From contig CM120640.1 in the NCBI GenBank assembly GCA_051362555.1, forward strand, positions 52,182,788 to 52,246,787: a stretch of DNA of 64,000 nt, written 5' to 3'. Below the pieces are notes generated by a model, which searched no databases, had not been told where the DNA came from, and worked only from the letters and a program-made list of their open reading frames with translations. Both the position numbers and the translations under genes were made by a program. Origin of the DNA: Lingula anatina. Lineage: Eukaryota; Animalia; Brachiopoda. Below are positions 24,501 to 36,500 of this stretch, one piece after another. The first letter of the stretch is position 1; every line of letters starts with the position of its first letter.

Positions 24501-27500
24501 CGGTTCTCGTCCGATCACCGAAGTTAAGCAACGTCGGGCCAGGTTAGTACTTGGATGGGTGACCGCCTGGGAATACCTGGTGCCGTAGACACGTTTTTGA
24601 CATTTTATTCGTAGCCGATTTCAGTTTCTTTCACTTACCACTTTTTTTTCTTTAAGTTTTCAATTTTTTCCAAATCACAGTTGCGCCGTTGTCTTCGTCT
24701 ATCAGTGCGTCGGGCCACGTCTGGACTAGGATGGAAGACCGCCTGGCCACCTTTACTTGTCCTTTTTAGCGTGGCATCAAACAGATGTGTCGATTCCGTT
24801 TCATTTCCTTTCCGTCGATCAAAAACAGTGCTAGCGCGGACAGTCATCGTCTACGACCATACCACGTTGAAAGCACCGGTTCTCGTCCGATCACCGAAGT
24901 TAAGCAACGTCGGGCCAGGTTAGTACTTGGATGGGTGACCGCCTGGGAATACCTGGTGCCGTAGACACGTTTTTGACATTTTATTCGTAGCCGATTTCAG
25001 TTTCTTTCACTTACCACTTTTTTTTCTTTAAGTTTTCAATTTTTTCCAAATCACAGTTGCGCCGTTGTCTTCGTCTATCAGTGCGTCGGGCCACGTCTGG
25101 ACTAGGATGGAAGACCGCCTGGCCACCTTTACTTGTCCTTTTTAGCGTGGCATCAAACAGATGTGTCGATTCCGTTTCATTTCCTTTCCGTCGATCAAAA
25201 ACAGAGGCTAGCGCGGACAGTCATCGTCTACGACCATACCACGTTGAAAGCACCGGTTCTCGTCCGATCACCGAAGTTAAGCAACGTCGGGCCAGGTTAG
25301 TACTTGGATGGGTGACCGCCTGGGAATACCTGGTGCCGTAGACACGTTTTTGACATTTTATTCGTAGCCGATTTCAGTTTCTTTCACTTACCACTTTTTT
25401 TTCTTTAAGTTTTCAATTTTTTCCAAATCACAGTTGCGCCGTTGTCTTCGTCTATCAGTGCGTCGGGCCACGTCTGGACTAGGATGGAAGACCGCCTGGC
25501 CACCTTTACTTGTCCTTTTTAGCGTGGCATCAAACAGATGTGTCGATTCCGTTTCATTTCCTTTCCGTCGATCAAAAACAGTGCTAGCGCGGACAGTCAT
25601 CGTCTACGACCATACCACGTTGAAAGCACCGGTTCTCGTCCAATCACCGAAGTTAAGCAACGTCGGGCCAGGTTAGTACTTGGATGGGTGACCGCCTGGG
25701 AATACCTGGTGCCGTAGACACGTTTTTGACATTTTATTCGTAGCCGATTTCAGTTTCTTTCACTTACCACTTTTTTTTTCTTTAAGTTTTCAATTTTTTC
25801 CAAATCACAGTTGCGCCGTTGTCTTCGTCTATCAGTGCGTCGGGCCACGTCTGGACTAGGATGGAAGACCGCCTGGCCACCTTTACTTGTCCTTTTTAGC
25901 GTGGCATCAAACAGATGTGTCGATTCCGTTTCATTTCCTTTCCGTCGATCAAAAACAGTGCTAGCGCGGACAGTCATCGTCTACGACCATACCACGTTGA
26001 AAGCACCGGTTCTCGTCCGATCACCGAAGTTAAGCAACGTCGGGCCAGGTTAGTACTTGGATGGGTGACCGCCTGGGAATACCTGGTGCCGTAGACACGT
26101 TTTTGACATTTTATTCGTAGCCGATTTCAGTTTCTTTCACTTACCACTTTTTTTTCTTTAAGTTTTCAATTTTTTCCAAATCACAGTTGCGCCGTTGTCT
26201 TCGTCTATCAGTGCGTCGGGCCACGTCTGGACTAGGATGGAAGACCGCCTGGCCACCTTTACTTGTCCTTTTTAGCGTGGCATCAAACAGATGTGTCGAT
26301 TCCGTTTCATTTCCTTTCCGTCGATCAAAAACAGTGCTAGCGCGGACAGTCATCGTCTACGACCATACCACGTTGAAAGCACCGGTTCTCGTCCGATCAC
26401 CGAAGTTAAGCAACGTCGGGCCAGGTTAGTACTTGGATGGGTGACCGCCTGGGAATACCTGGTGCCGTAGACACGTTTTTGACATTTTATTCGTAGCCGA
26501 TTTCAGTTTCTTTCACTTACCACTTTTTTTTTCTTTAAGTTTTCAATTTTTTCCAAATCACAGTTGCGCCGTTGTCTTCGTCTATCAGTGCGTCGGGCCA
26601 CGTCTGGACTAGGATGGAAGACCGCCTGGCCACCTTTACTTGTCCTTTTTAGCGTGGCATCAAACAGATGTGTCGATTCCGTTTCATTTCCTTTCCGTCG
26701 ATCAAAAACAGTGCTAGCGCGGACAGTCATCGTCTACGACCATACCACGTTGAAAGCACCGGTTCTCGTCCGATCACCGAAGTTAAGCAACGTCGGGCCA
26801 GGTTAGTACTTGGATGGGTGACCGCCTGGGAATACCTGGTGCCGTAGACACGTTTTTGACATTTTATTCGTAGCCGATTTCAGTTTCTTTCACTTACCAC
26901 TTTTTTTTTCTTTAAGTTTTCAATTTTTTCCAAATCACAGTTGCGCCGTTGTCTTCGTCTATCAGTGCGTCGGGCCACGTCTGGACTAGGATGGAAGACC
27001 GCCTGGCCACCTTTACTTGTCCTTTTTAGCGTGGCATCAAACAGATGTGTCGATTCCGTTTCATTTCCTTTCCGTCGATCAAAAACAGTGCTAGCGCGGA
27101 CAGTCATCGTCTACGACCATACCACGTTGAAAGCACCGGTTCTCGTCCGATCACCGAAGTTAAGCAACGTCGGGCCAGGTTAGTACTTGGATGGGTGAGC
27201 GCCTGGGAATACCTGGTGCCGTAGACACGTTTTTGACATTTTATTCGTAGCCGATTTCAGTTTCTTTCACTTACCACTTTTTTTTCTTTAAGTTTTCAAT
27301 TTTTTCCAAATCACAGTTGCGCCGTTGTCTTCGTCTATCAGTGCGTCGGGCCACGTCTGGACTAGGATGGAAGACCGCCTGGCCACCTTTACTTGTCCTT
27401 TTTAGCGTGGCATCAAACAGATGTGTCGATTCCGTTTCATTTCCTTTCCGTCGATCAAAAACAGTGCTAGCGCGGACAGTCATCGTCTACGACCATACCA

Positions 27501-30500
27501 CGTTGAAAGCACCGGTTCTCGTCCGATCACCGAAGTTAAGCAACGTCGGGCCAGGTTAGTACTTGGATGGGTGACCGCCTGGGAATACCTGGTGCCGTAG
27601 ACACGTTTTTGACATTTTATTCGTAGCCGATTTCAGTTTCTTTCACTTACCACTTTTTTTTCTTTAAGTTTTCAATTTTTTCCAAATCACAGTTGCGCCG
27701 TTGTCTTCGTCTATCAGTGCGTCGGGCCACGTCTGGACTAGGATGGAAGACCGCCTGGCCACCTTTACTTGTCCTTTTTAGCGTGGCATCAAACAGATGT
27801 GTCGATTCCGTTTCATTTCCTTTCCGTCGATCAAAAACAGTGCTAGCGCGGACAGTCATCGTCTACGACCATACCACGTTGAAAGCACCGGTTCTCGTCC
27901 GATCACCGAAGTTAAGCAACGTCGGGCCAGGTTAGTACTTGGATGGGTGACCGCCTGGGAATACCTGGTGCCGTAGACACGTTTTTGACATTTTATTCGT
28001 AGCCGATTTCAGTTTCTTTCACTTACCACTTTTTTTTCTTTAAGTTTTCAATTTTTTCCAAATCACAGTTGCGCCGTTGTCTTCGTCTATCAGTGCGTCG
28101 GGCCACGTCTGGACTAGGATGGAAGACCGCCTGGCCACCTTTACTTGTCCTTTTTAGCGTGGCATCAAACAGATGTGTCGATTCCGTTTCATTTCCTTTC
28201 CGTCGATCAAAAACAGTGCTAGCGCGGACAGTCATCGTCTACGACCATACCACGTTGAAAGCACCGGTTCTCGTCCGATCACCGAAGTTAAGCAACGTCG
28301 GGCCAGGTTAGTACTTGGATGGGTGACCGCCTGGGAATACCTGGTGCCGTAGACACGTTTTTGACATTTTATTCGTAGCCGATTTCAGTTTCTTTCACTT
28401 ACCACTTTTTTTTTCTTTAAGTTTTCAATTTTTTCCAAATCACAGTTGCGCCGTTGTCTTCGTCTATCAGTGCGTCGGGCCACGTCTGGACTAGGATGGA
28501 AGACCGCCTGGCCACCTTTACTTGTCCTTTTTAGCGTGGCATCAAACAGATGTGTCGATTCCGTTTCATTTCCTTTCCGTCGATCAAAAACAGTGCTAGC
28601 GCGGACAGTCATCGTCTACGACCATACCACGTTGAAAGCACCGGTTCTCGTCCGATCACCGAAGTTAAGCAACGTCGGGCCAGGTTAGTACTTGGATGGG
28701 TGACCGCCTGGGAATACCTGGTGCCGTAGACACGTTTTTGACATTTTATTCGTAGCCGATTTCAGTTTCTTTCACTTACCACTTTTTTTTTCTTTAAGTT
28801 TTCAATTTTTTCCAAATCACAGTTGCGCCGTTGTCTTCGTCTATCAGTGCGTCGGGCCACGTCTGGACTAGGATGGAAGACCGCCTGGCCACCTTTACTT
28901 GTCCTTTTTAGCGTGGCATCAAACAGATGTGTCGATTCCGTTTCATTTCCTTTCCGTCGATCAAAAACAGTGCTAGCGCGGACAGTCATCGTCTACGACC
29001 ATACCACGTTGAAAGCACCGGTTCTCGTCCGATCACCGAAGTTAAGCAACGTCGGGCCAGGTTAGTACTTGGATGGGTGACCGCCTGGGAATACCTGGTG
29101 CCGTAGACACGTTTTTGACATTTTATTCGTAGCCGATTTCAGTTTCTTTCACTTACCACTTTTTTTTTCTTCAAGTTTTCAATTTTTTCCAAATCACAGT
29201 TGCGCCGTTGTCTTCGTCTATCAGTGCGTCGGGCCACGTCTGGACTAGGATGGAAGACCGCCTGGCCACCTTTACTTGTCCTTTTTAGCGTGGCATCAAA
29301 CAGATGTGTCGATTCCGTTTCATTTCCTTTCCGTCGATCAAAAACAGTGCTAGCGCGGACAGTCATCGTCTACGACCATACCACGTTGAAAGCACCGGTT
29401 CTCGTCCGATCACCGAAGTTAAGCAACGTCGGGCCAGGTTAGTACTTGGATGGGTGACCGCCTGGGAATACCTGGTGCCGTAGACACGTTTTTGACATTT
29501 TATTCGTAGCCGATTTCAGTTTCTTTCACTTACCACTTTTTTTTCTTTAAGTTTTCAATTTTTTCCAAATCACAGTTGCGCCGTTGTCTTCGTCTATCAG
29601 TGCGTCGGGCCACGTCTGGACTAGGATGGAAGACCGCCTGGCCACCTTTACTTGTCCTTTTTAGCGTGGCATCAAACAGATGTGTCGATTCCGTTTCATT
29701 TCCTTTCCGTCGATCAAAAACAGTGCTAGCGCGGACAGTCATCGTCTACGACCATACCACGTTGAAAGCACCGGTTCTCGTCCGATCACCGAAGTTAAGC
29801 AACGTCGGGCCAGGTTAGTACTTGGATGGGTGACCGCCTGGGAATACCTGGTGCCGTAGACACGTTTTTGACATTTTATTCGTAGCCGATTTCAGTTTCT
29901 TTCACTTACCACTTTTTTTTCTTTAAGTTTTCAATTTTTTCCAAATCACAGTTGCGCCGTTGTCTTCGTCTATCAGTGCGTCGGGCCACGTCTGGACTAG
30001 GATGGAAGACCGCCTGGCCACCTTTACTTGTCCTTTTTAGCGTGGCATCAAACAGATGTGTCGATTCCGTTTCATTTCCTTTCCGTCGATCAAAAACAGT
30101 GCTAGCGCGGACAGTCATCGTCTACGACCATACCACGTTGAAAGCACCGGTTCTCGTCCGATCACCGAAGTTAAGCAACGTCGGGCCAGGTTAGTACTTG
30201 GATGGGTGACCGCCTGGGAATACCTGGTGCCGTAGACACGTTTTTGACATTTTATTCGTAGCCGATTTCAGTTTCTTTCACTTACCACTTTTTTTTCTTT
30301 AAGTTTTCAATTTTTTCCAAATCACAGTTGCGCCGTTGTCTTCGTCTATCAGTGCGTCGGGCCACGTCTGGACTAGGATGGAAGACCGCCTGGCCACCTT
30401 TACTTGTCCTTTTTAGCGTGGCATCAAACAGATGTGTCGATTCCGTTTCATTTCCTTTCCGTCGATCAAAAACAGTGCTAGCGCGGACAGTCATCGTCTA

Positions 30501-33500
30501 CGACCATACCACGTTGAAAGCACCGGTTCTCGTCCGATCACCGAAGTTAAGCAACGTCGGGCCAGGTTAGTACTTGGATGGGTGACCGCCTGGGAATACC
30601 TGGTGCCGTAGACACGTTTTTGACATTTTATTCGTAGCCGATTTCAGTTTCTTTCACTTACCACTTTTTTTTCTTTAAGTTTTCAATTTTTTCCAAATCA
30701 CAGTTGCGCCGTTGTCTTCGTCTATCAGTGCGTCGGGCCACGTCTGGACTAGGATGGAAGACCGCCTGGCCACCTTTACTTGTCCTTTTTAGCGTGGCAT
30801 CAAACAGATGTGTCGATTCCGTTTCATTTCCTTTCCGTCGATCAAAAACAGTGCTAGCGCGGACAGTCATCGTCTACGACCATACCACGTTGAAAGCACC
30901 GGTTCTCGTCCGATCACCGAAGTTAAGCAACGTCGGGCCAGGTTAGTACTTGGATGGGTGACCGCCTGGGAATACCTGGTGCCGTAGACACGTTTTTGAC
31001 ATTTTATTCGTAGCCGATTTCAGTTTCTTTCACTTACCACTTTTTTTTCTTTAAGTTTTCAATTTTTTCCAAATCACAGTTGCGCCGTTGTCTTCGTCTA
31101 TCAGTGCGTCGGGCCACGTCTGGACTAGGATGGAAGACCGCCTGGCCACCTTTACTTGTCCTTTTTAGCGTGGCATCAAACAGATGTGTCGATTCCGTTT
31201 CATTTCCTTTCCGTCGATCAAAAACAGTGCTAGCGCGGACAGTCATCGTCTACGACCATACCACGTTGAAAGCACCGGTTCTCGTCCGATCACCGAAGTT
31301 AAGCAACGTCGGGCCAGGTTAGTACTTGGATGGGTGACCGCCTGGGAATACCTGGTGCCGTAGACACGTTTTTGACATTTTATTCGTAGCCGATTTCAGT
31401 TTCTTTCACTTACCACTTTTTTTTCTTTAAGTTTTCAATTTTTTCCAAATCACAGTTGCGCCGTTGTCTTCGTCTATCAGTGCGTCGGGCCACGTCTGGA
31501 CTAGGATGGAAGACCGCCTGGCCACCTTTACTTGTCCTTTTTAGCGTGGCATCAAACAGATGTGTCGATTCCGTTTCATTTCCTTTCCGTCGATCAAAAA
31601 CAGTGCTAGCGCGGACAGTCATCGTCTACGACCATACCACGTTGAAAGCACCGGTTCTCGTCCGATCACCGAAGTTAAGCAACGTCGGGCCAGGTTAGTA
31701 CTTGGATGGGTGACCGCCTGGGAATACCTGGTGTCGTAGACACGTTTTTGACATTTTATTCGTAGCCGATTTCAGTTTCTTTCACTTACCACTTTTTTTT
31801 CTTTAAGTTTTCAATTTTTTCCAAATCACAGTTGCGCCGTTGTCTTCGTCTATCAGTGCGTCGGGCCACGTCTGGACTAGGATGGAAGACCGCCTGGCCA
31901 CCTTTACTTGTCCTTTTTAGCGTGGCAACAAACAGATGTGTCGATTCCGTTTCATTTCCTTTCCGTCGATCAAAAACAGAGGCTAGCGCGGACAGTCATC
32001 GTCTACGACCATACCACGTTGAAAGCACCGGTTCTCGTCCGATCACCGAAGTTAAGCAACGTCGGGCCAGGTTAGTACTTGGATGGGTGACCGCCTGGGA
32101 ATACCTGGTGCCGTAGACACGTTTTTGACATTTTATTCGTAGCCGATTTCAGTTTCTTTCACTTACCACTTTTTTTTCTTTAAGTTTTCAATTTTTTCCA
32201 AATCACAGTTGCGCCGTTGTCTTCGTCTATCAGTGCGTCGGGCCACGTCTGGACTAGGATGGAAGACCGCCTGGCCACCTTTACTTGTCCTTTTTAGCGT
32301 GGCATCAAACAGATGTGTCGATTCCGTTTCATTTCCTTTCCGTCGATCAAAAACAGTGCTAGCGCGGACAGTCATCGTCTACGACCATACCACGTTGAAA
32401 GCACCGGTTCTCGTCCGATCACCGAAGTTAAGCAACGTCGGGCCAGGTTAGTACTTGGATGGGTGACCGCCTGGGAATACCTGGTGCCGTAGACACGTTT
32501 TTGACATTTTATTCGTAGCCGATTTCAGTTTCTTTCACTTACCACTTTTTTTTCTTTAAGTTTTCAATTTTTTCCAAATCACAGTTGCGCCGTTGTCTTC
32601 GTCTATCAGTGCGTCGGGCCACGTCTGGACTAGGATGGAAGACCGCCTGGCCACCTTTACTTGTCCTTTTTAGCGTGGCATCAAACAGATGTGTCGATTC
32701 CGTTTCATTTCCTTTCCGTCGATCAAAAACAGAGGCTAGCGCGGACAGTCATCGTCTACGACCATACCACGTTGAAAGCACCGGTTCTCGTCCGATCACC
32801 GAAGTTAAGCAACGTCGGGCCAGGTTAGTACTTGGATGGGTGACCGCCTGGGAATACCTGGTGCCGTAGACACGTTTTTGACATTTTATTCGTAGCCGAT
32901 TTCAGTTTCTTTCACTTACCACTTTTTTTTCTTTAAGTTTTCAATTTTTTCCAAATCACAGTTGCGCCGTTGTCTTCGTCTATCAGTGCGTCGGGCCACG
33001 TCTGGACTAGGATGGAAGACCGCCTGGCCACCTTTACTTGTCCTTTTTAGCGTGGCATCAAACAGATGTGTCGATTCCGTTTCATTTCCTTTCCGTCGAT
33101 CAAAAACAGTGCTAGCGCGGACAGTCATCGTCTACGACCATACCACGTTGAAAGCACCGGTTCTCGTCCGATCACCGAAGTTAAGCAACGTCGGGCCAGG
33201 TTAGTACTTGGATGGGTGACCGCCTGGGAATACCTGGTGCCGTAGACACGTTTTTGACATTTTATTCGTAGCCGATTTCAGTTTCTTTCACTTACCACTT
33301 TTTTTTCTTTAAGTTTTCAATTTTTTCCAAATCACAGTTGCGCCGTTGTCTTCGTCTATCAGTGCGTCGGGCCACGTCTGGACTAGGATGGAAGACCGCC
33401 TGGCCACCTTTACTTGTCCTTTTTAGCGTGGCATCAAACAGATGTGTCGATTCCGTTTCATTTCCTTTCCGTCGATCAAAAACAGTGCTAGCGCGGACAG

Positions 33501-36500
33501 TCATCGTCTACGACCATACCACGTTGAAAGCACCGGTTCTCGTCCGATCACCGAAGTTAAGCAACGTCGGGCCAGGTTAGTACTTGGATGGGTGACCGCC
33601 TGGGAATACCTGGTGCCGTAGACACGTTTTTGACATTTTATTCGTAGCCGATTTCAGTTTCTTTCACTTACCACTTTTTTTTCTTTAAGTTTTCAATTTT
33701 TTCCAAATCACAGTTGCGCCGTTGTCTTCGTCTATCAGTGCGTCGGGCCACGTCTGGACTAGGATGGAAGACCGCCTGGCCACCTTTACTTGTCCTTTTT
33801 AGCGTGGCATCAAACAGATGTGTCGATTCCGTTTCATTTCCTTTCCGTCGATCAAAAACAGTGCTAGCGCGGACAGTCATCGTCTACGACCATACCACGT
33901 TGAAAGCACCGGTTCTCGTCCGATCACCGAAGTTAAGCAACGTCGGGCCAGGTTAGTACTTGGATGGGTGACCGCCTGGGAATACCTGGTGCCGTAGACA
34001 CGTTTTTGACATTTTATTCGTAGCCGATTTCAGTTTCTTTCACTTACCACTTTTTTTTCTTTAAGTTTTCAATTTTTTCCAAATCACAGTTGCGCCGTTG
34101 TCTTCGTCTATCAGTGCGTCGGGCCACGTCTGGACTAGGATGGAAGACCGCCTGGCCACCTTTACTTGTCCTTTTTAGCGTGGCATCAAACAGATGTGTC
34201 GATTCCGTTTCATTTCCTTTCCGTCGATCAAAAACAGTGCTAGCGCGGACAGTCATCGTCTACGACCATACCACGTTGAAAGCACCGGTTCTCGTCCGAT
34301 CACCGAAGTTAAGCAACGTCGGGCCAGGTTAGTACTTGGATGGGTGACCGCCTGGGAATACCTGGTGCCGTAGACACGTTTTTGACATTTTATTCGTAGC
34401 CGATTTCAGTTTCTTTCACTTACCACTTTTTTTTCTTTAAGTTTTCAATTTTTTCCAAATCACAGTTGCGCCGTTGTCTTCGTCTATCAGTGCGTCGGGC
34501 CACGTCTGGACTAGGATGGAAGACCGCCTGGCCACCTTTACTTGTCCTTTTTAGCGTGGCATCAAACAGATGTGTCGATTCCGTTTCATTTCCTTTCCGT
34601 CGATCAAAAACAGTGCTAGCGCGGACAGTCATCGTCTACGACCATACCACGTTGAAAGCACCGGTTCTCGTCCGATCACCGAAGTTAAGCAACGTCGGGC
34701 CAGGTTAGTACTTGGATGGGTGACCGCCTGGGAATACCTGGTGCCGTAGACACGTTTTTGACATTTTATTCGTAGCCGATTTCAGTTTCTTTCACTTACC
34801 ACTTTTTTTTCTTTAAGTTTTCAATTTTTTCCAAATCACAGTTGCGCCGTTGTCTTCGTCTATCAGTGCGTCGGGCCACGTCTGGACTAGGATGGAAGAC
34901 CGCCTGGCCACCTTTACTTGTCCTTTTTAGCGTGGCATCAAACAGATGTGTCGATTCCGTTTCATTTCCTTTCCGTCGATCAAAAACAGTGCTAGCGCGG
35001 ACAGTCATCGTCTACGACCATACCACGTTGAAAGCACCGGTTCTCGTCCGATCACCGAAGTTAAGCAACGTCGGGCCAGGTTAGTACTTGGATGGGTGAC
35101 CGCCTGGGAATACCTGGTGCCGTAGACACGTTTTTGACATTTTATTCGTAGCCGATTTCAGTTTCTTTCACTTACCACTTTTTTTTCTTTAAGTTTTCAA
35201 TTTTTTCCAAATCACAGTTGCGCCGTTGTCTTCGTCTATCAGTGCGTCGGGCCACGTCTGGACTAGGATGGAAGACCGCCTGGCCACCTTTACTTGTCCT
35301 TTTTAGCGTGGCATCAAACAGATGTGTCGATTCCGTTTCATTTCCTTTCCGTCGATCAAAAACAGTGCTAGCGCGGACAGTCATCGTCTACGACCATACC
35401 ACGTTGAAAGCACCGGTTCTCGTCCGATCACCGAAGTTAAGCAACGTCGGGCCAGGTTAGTACTTGGATGGGTGACCGCCTGGGAATACCTGGTGCCGTA
35501 GACACGTTTTTGACATTTTATTCGTAGCCGATTTCAGTTTCTTTCACTTACCACTTTTTTTTCTTTAAGTTTTCAATTTTTTCCAAATCACAGTTGCGCC
35601 GTTGTCTTCGTCTATCAGTGCGTCGGGCCACGTCTGGACTAGGATGGAAGACCGCCTGGCCACCTTTACTTGTCCTTTTTAGCGTGGCATCAAACAGATG
35701 TGTCGATTCCGTTTCATTTCCTTTCCGTCGATCAAAAACAGTGCTAGCGCGGACAGTCATCGTCTACGACCATACCACGTTGAAAGCACCGGTTCTCGTC
35801 CGATCACCGAAGTTAAGCAACGTCGGGCCAGGTTAGTACTTGGATGGGTGACCGCCTGGGAATACCTGGTGCCGTAGACACGTTTTTGACATTTTATTCG
35901 TAGCCGATTTCAGTTTCTTTCACTTACCACTTTTTTTTCTTTAAGTTTTCAATTTTTTCCAAATCACAGTTGCGCCGTTGTCTTCGTCTATCAGTGCGTC
36001 GGGCCACGTCTGGACTAGGATGGAAGACCGCCTGGCCACCTTTACTTGTCCTTTTTAGCGTGGCATCAAACAGATGTGTCGATTCCGTTTCATTTCCTTT
36101 CCGTCGATCAAAAACAGTGCTAGCGCGGACAGTCATCGTCTACGACCATACCACGTTGAAAGCACCGGTTCTCGTCCGATCACCGAAGTTAAGCAACGTC
36201 GGGCCAGGTTAGTACTTGGATGGGTGACCGCCTGGGAATACCTGGTGCCGTAGACACGTTTTTGACATTTTATTCGTAGCCGATTTCAGTTTCTTTCACT
36301 TACCACTTTTTTTTCTTTAAGTTTTCAATTTTTTCCAAATCACAGTTGCGCCGTTGTCTTCGTCTATCAGTGCGTCGGGCCACGTCTGGACTAGGATGGA
36401 AGACCGCCTGGCCACCTTTACTTGTCCTTTTTAGCGTGGCATCAAACAGATGTGTCGATTCCGTTTCATTTCCTTTCCGTCGATCAAAAACAGTGCTAGC

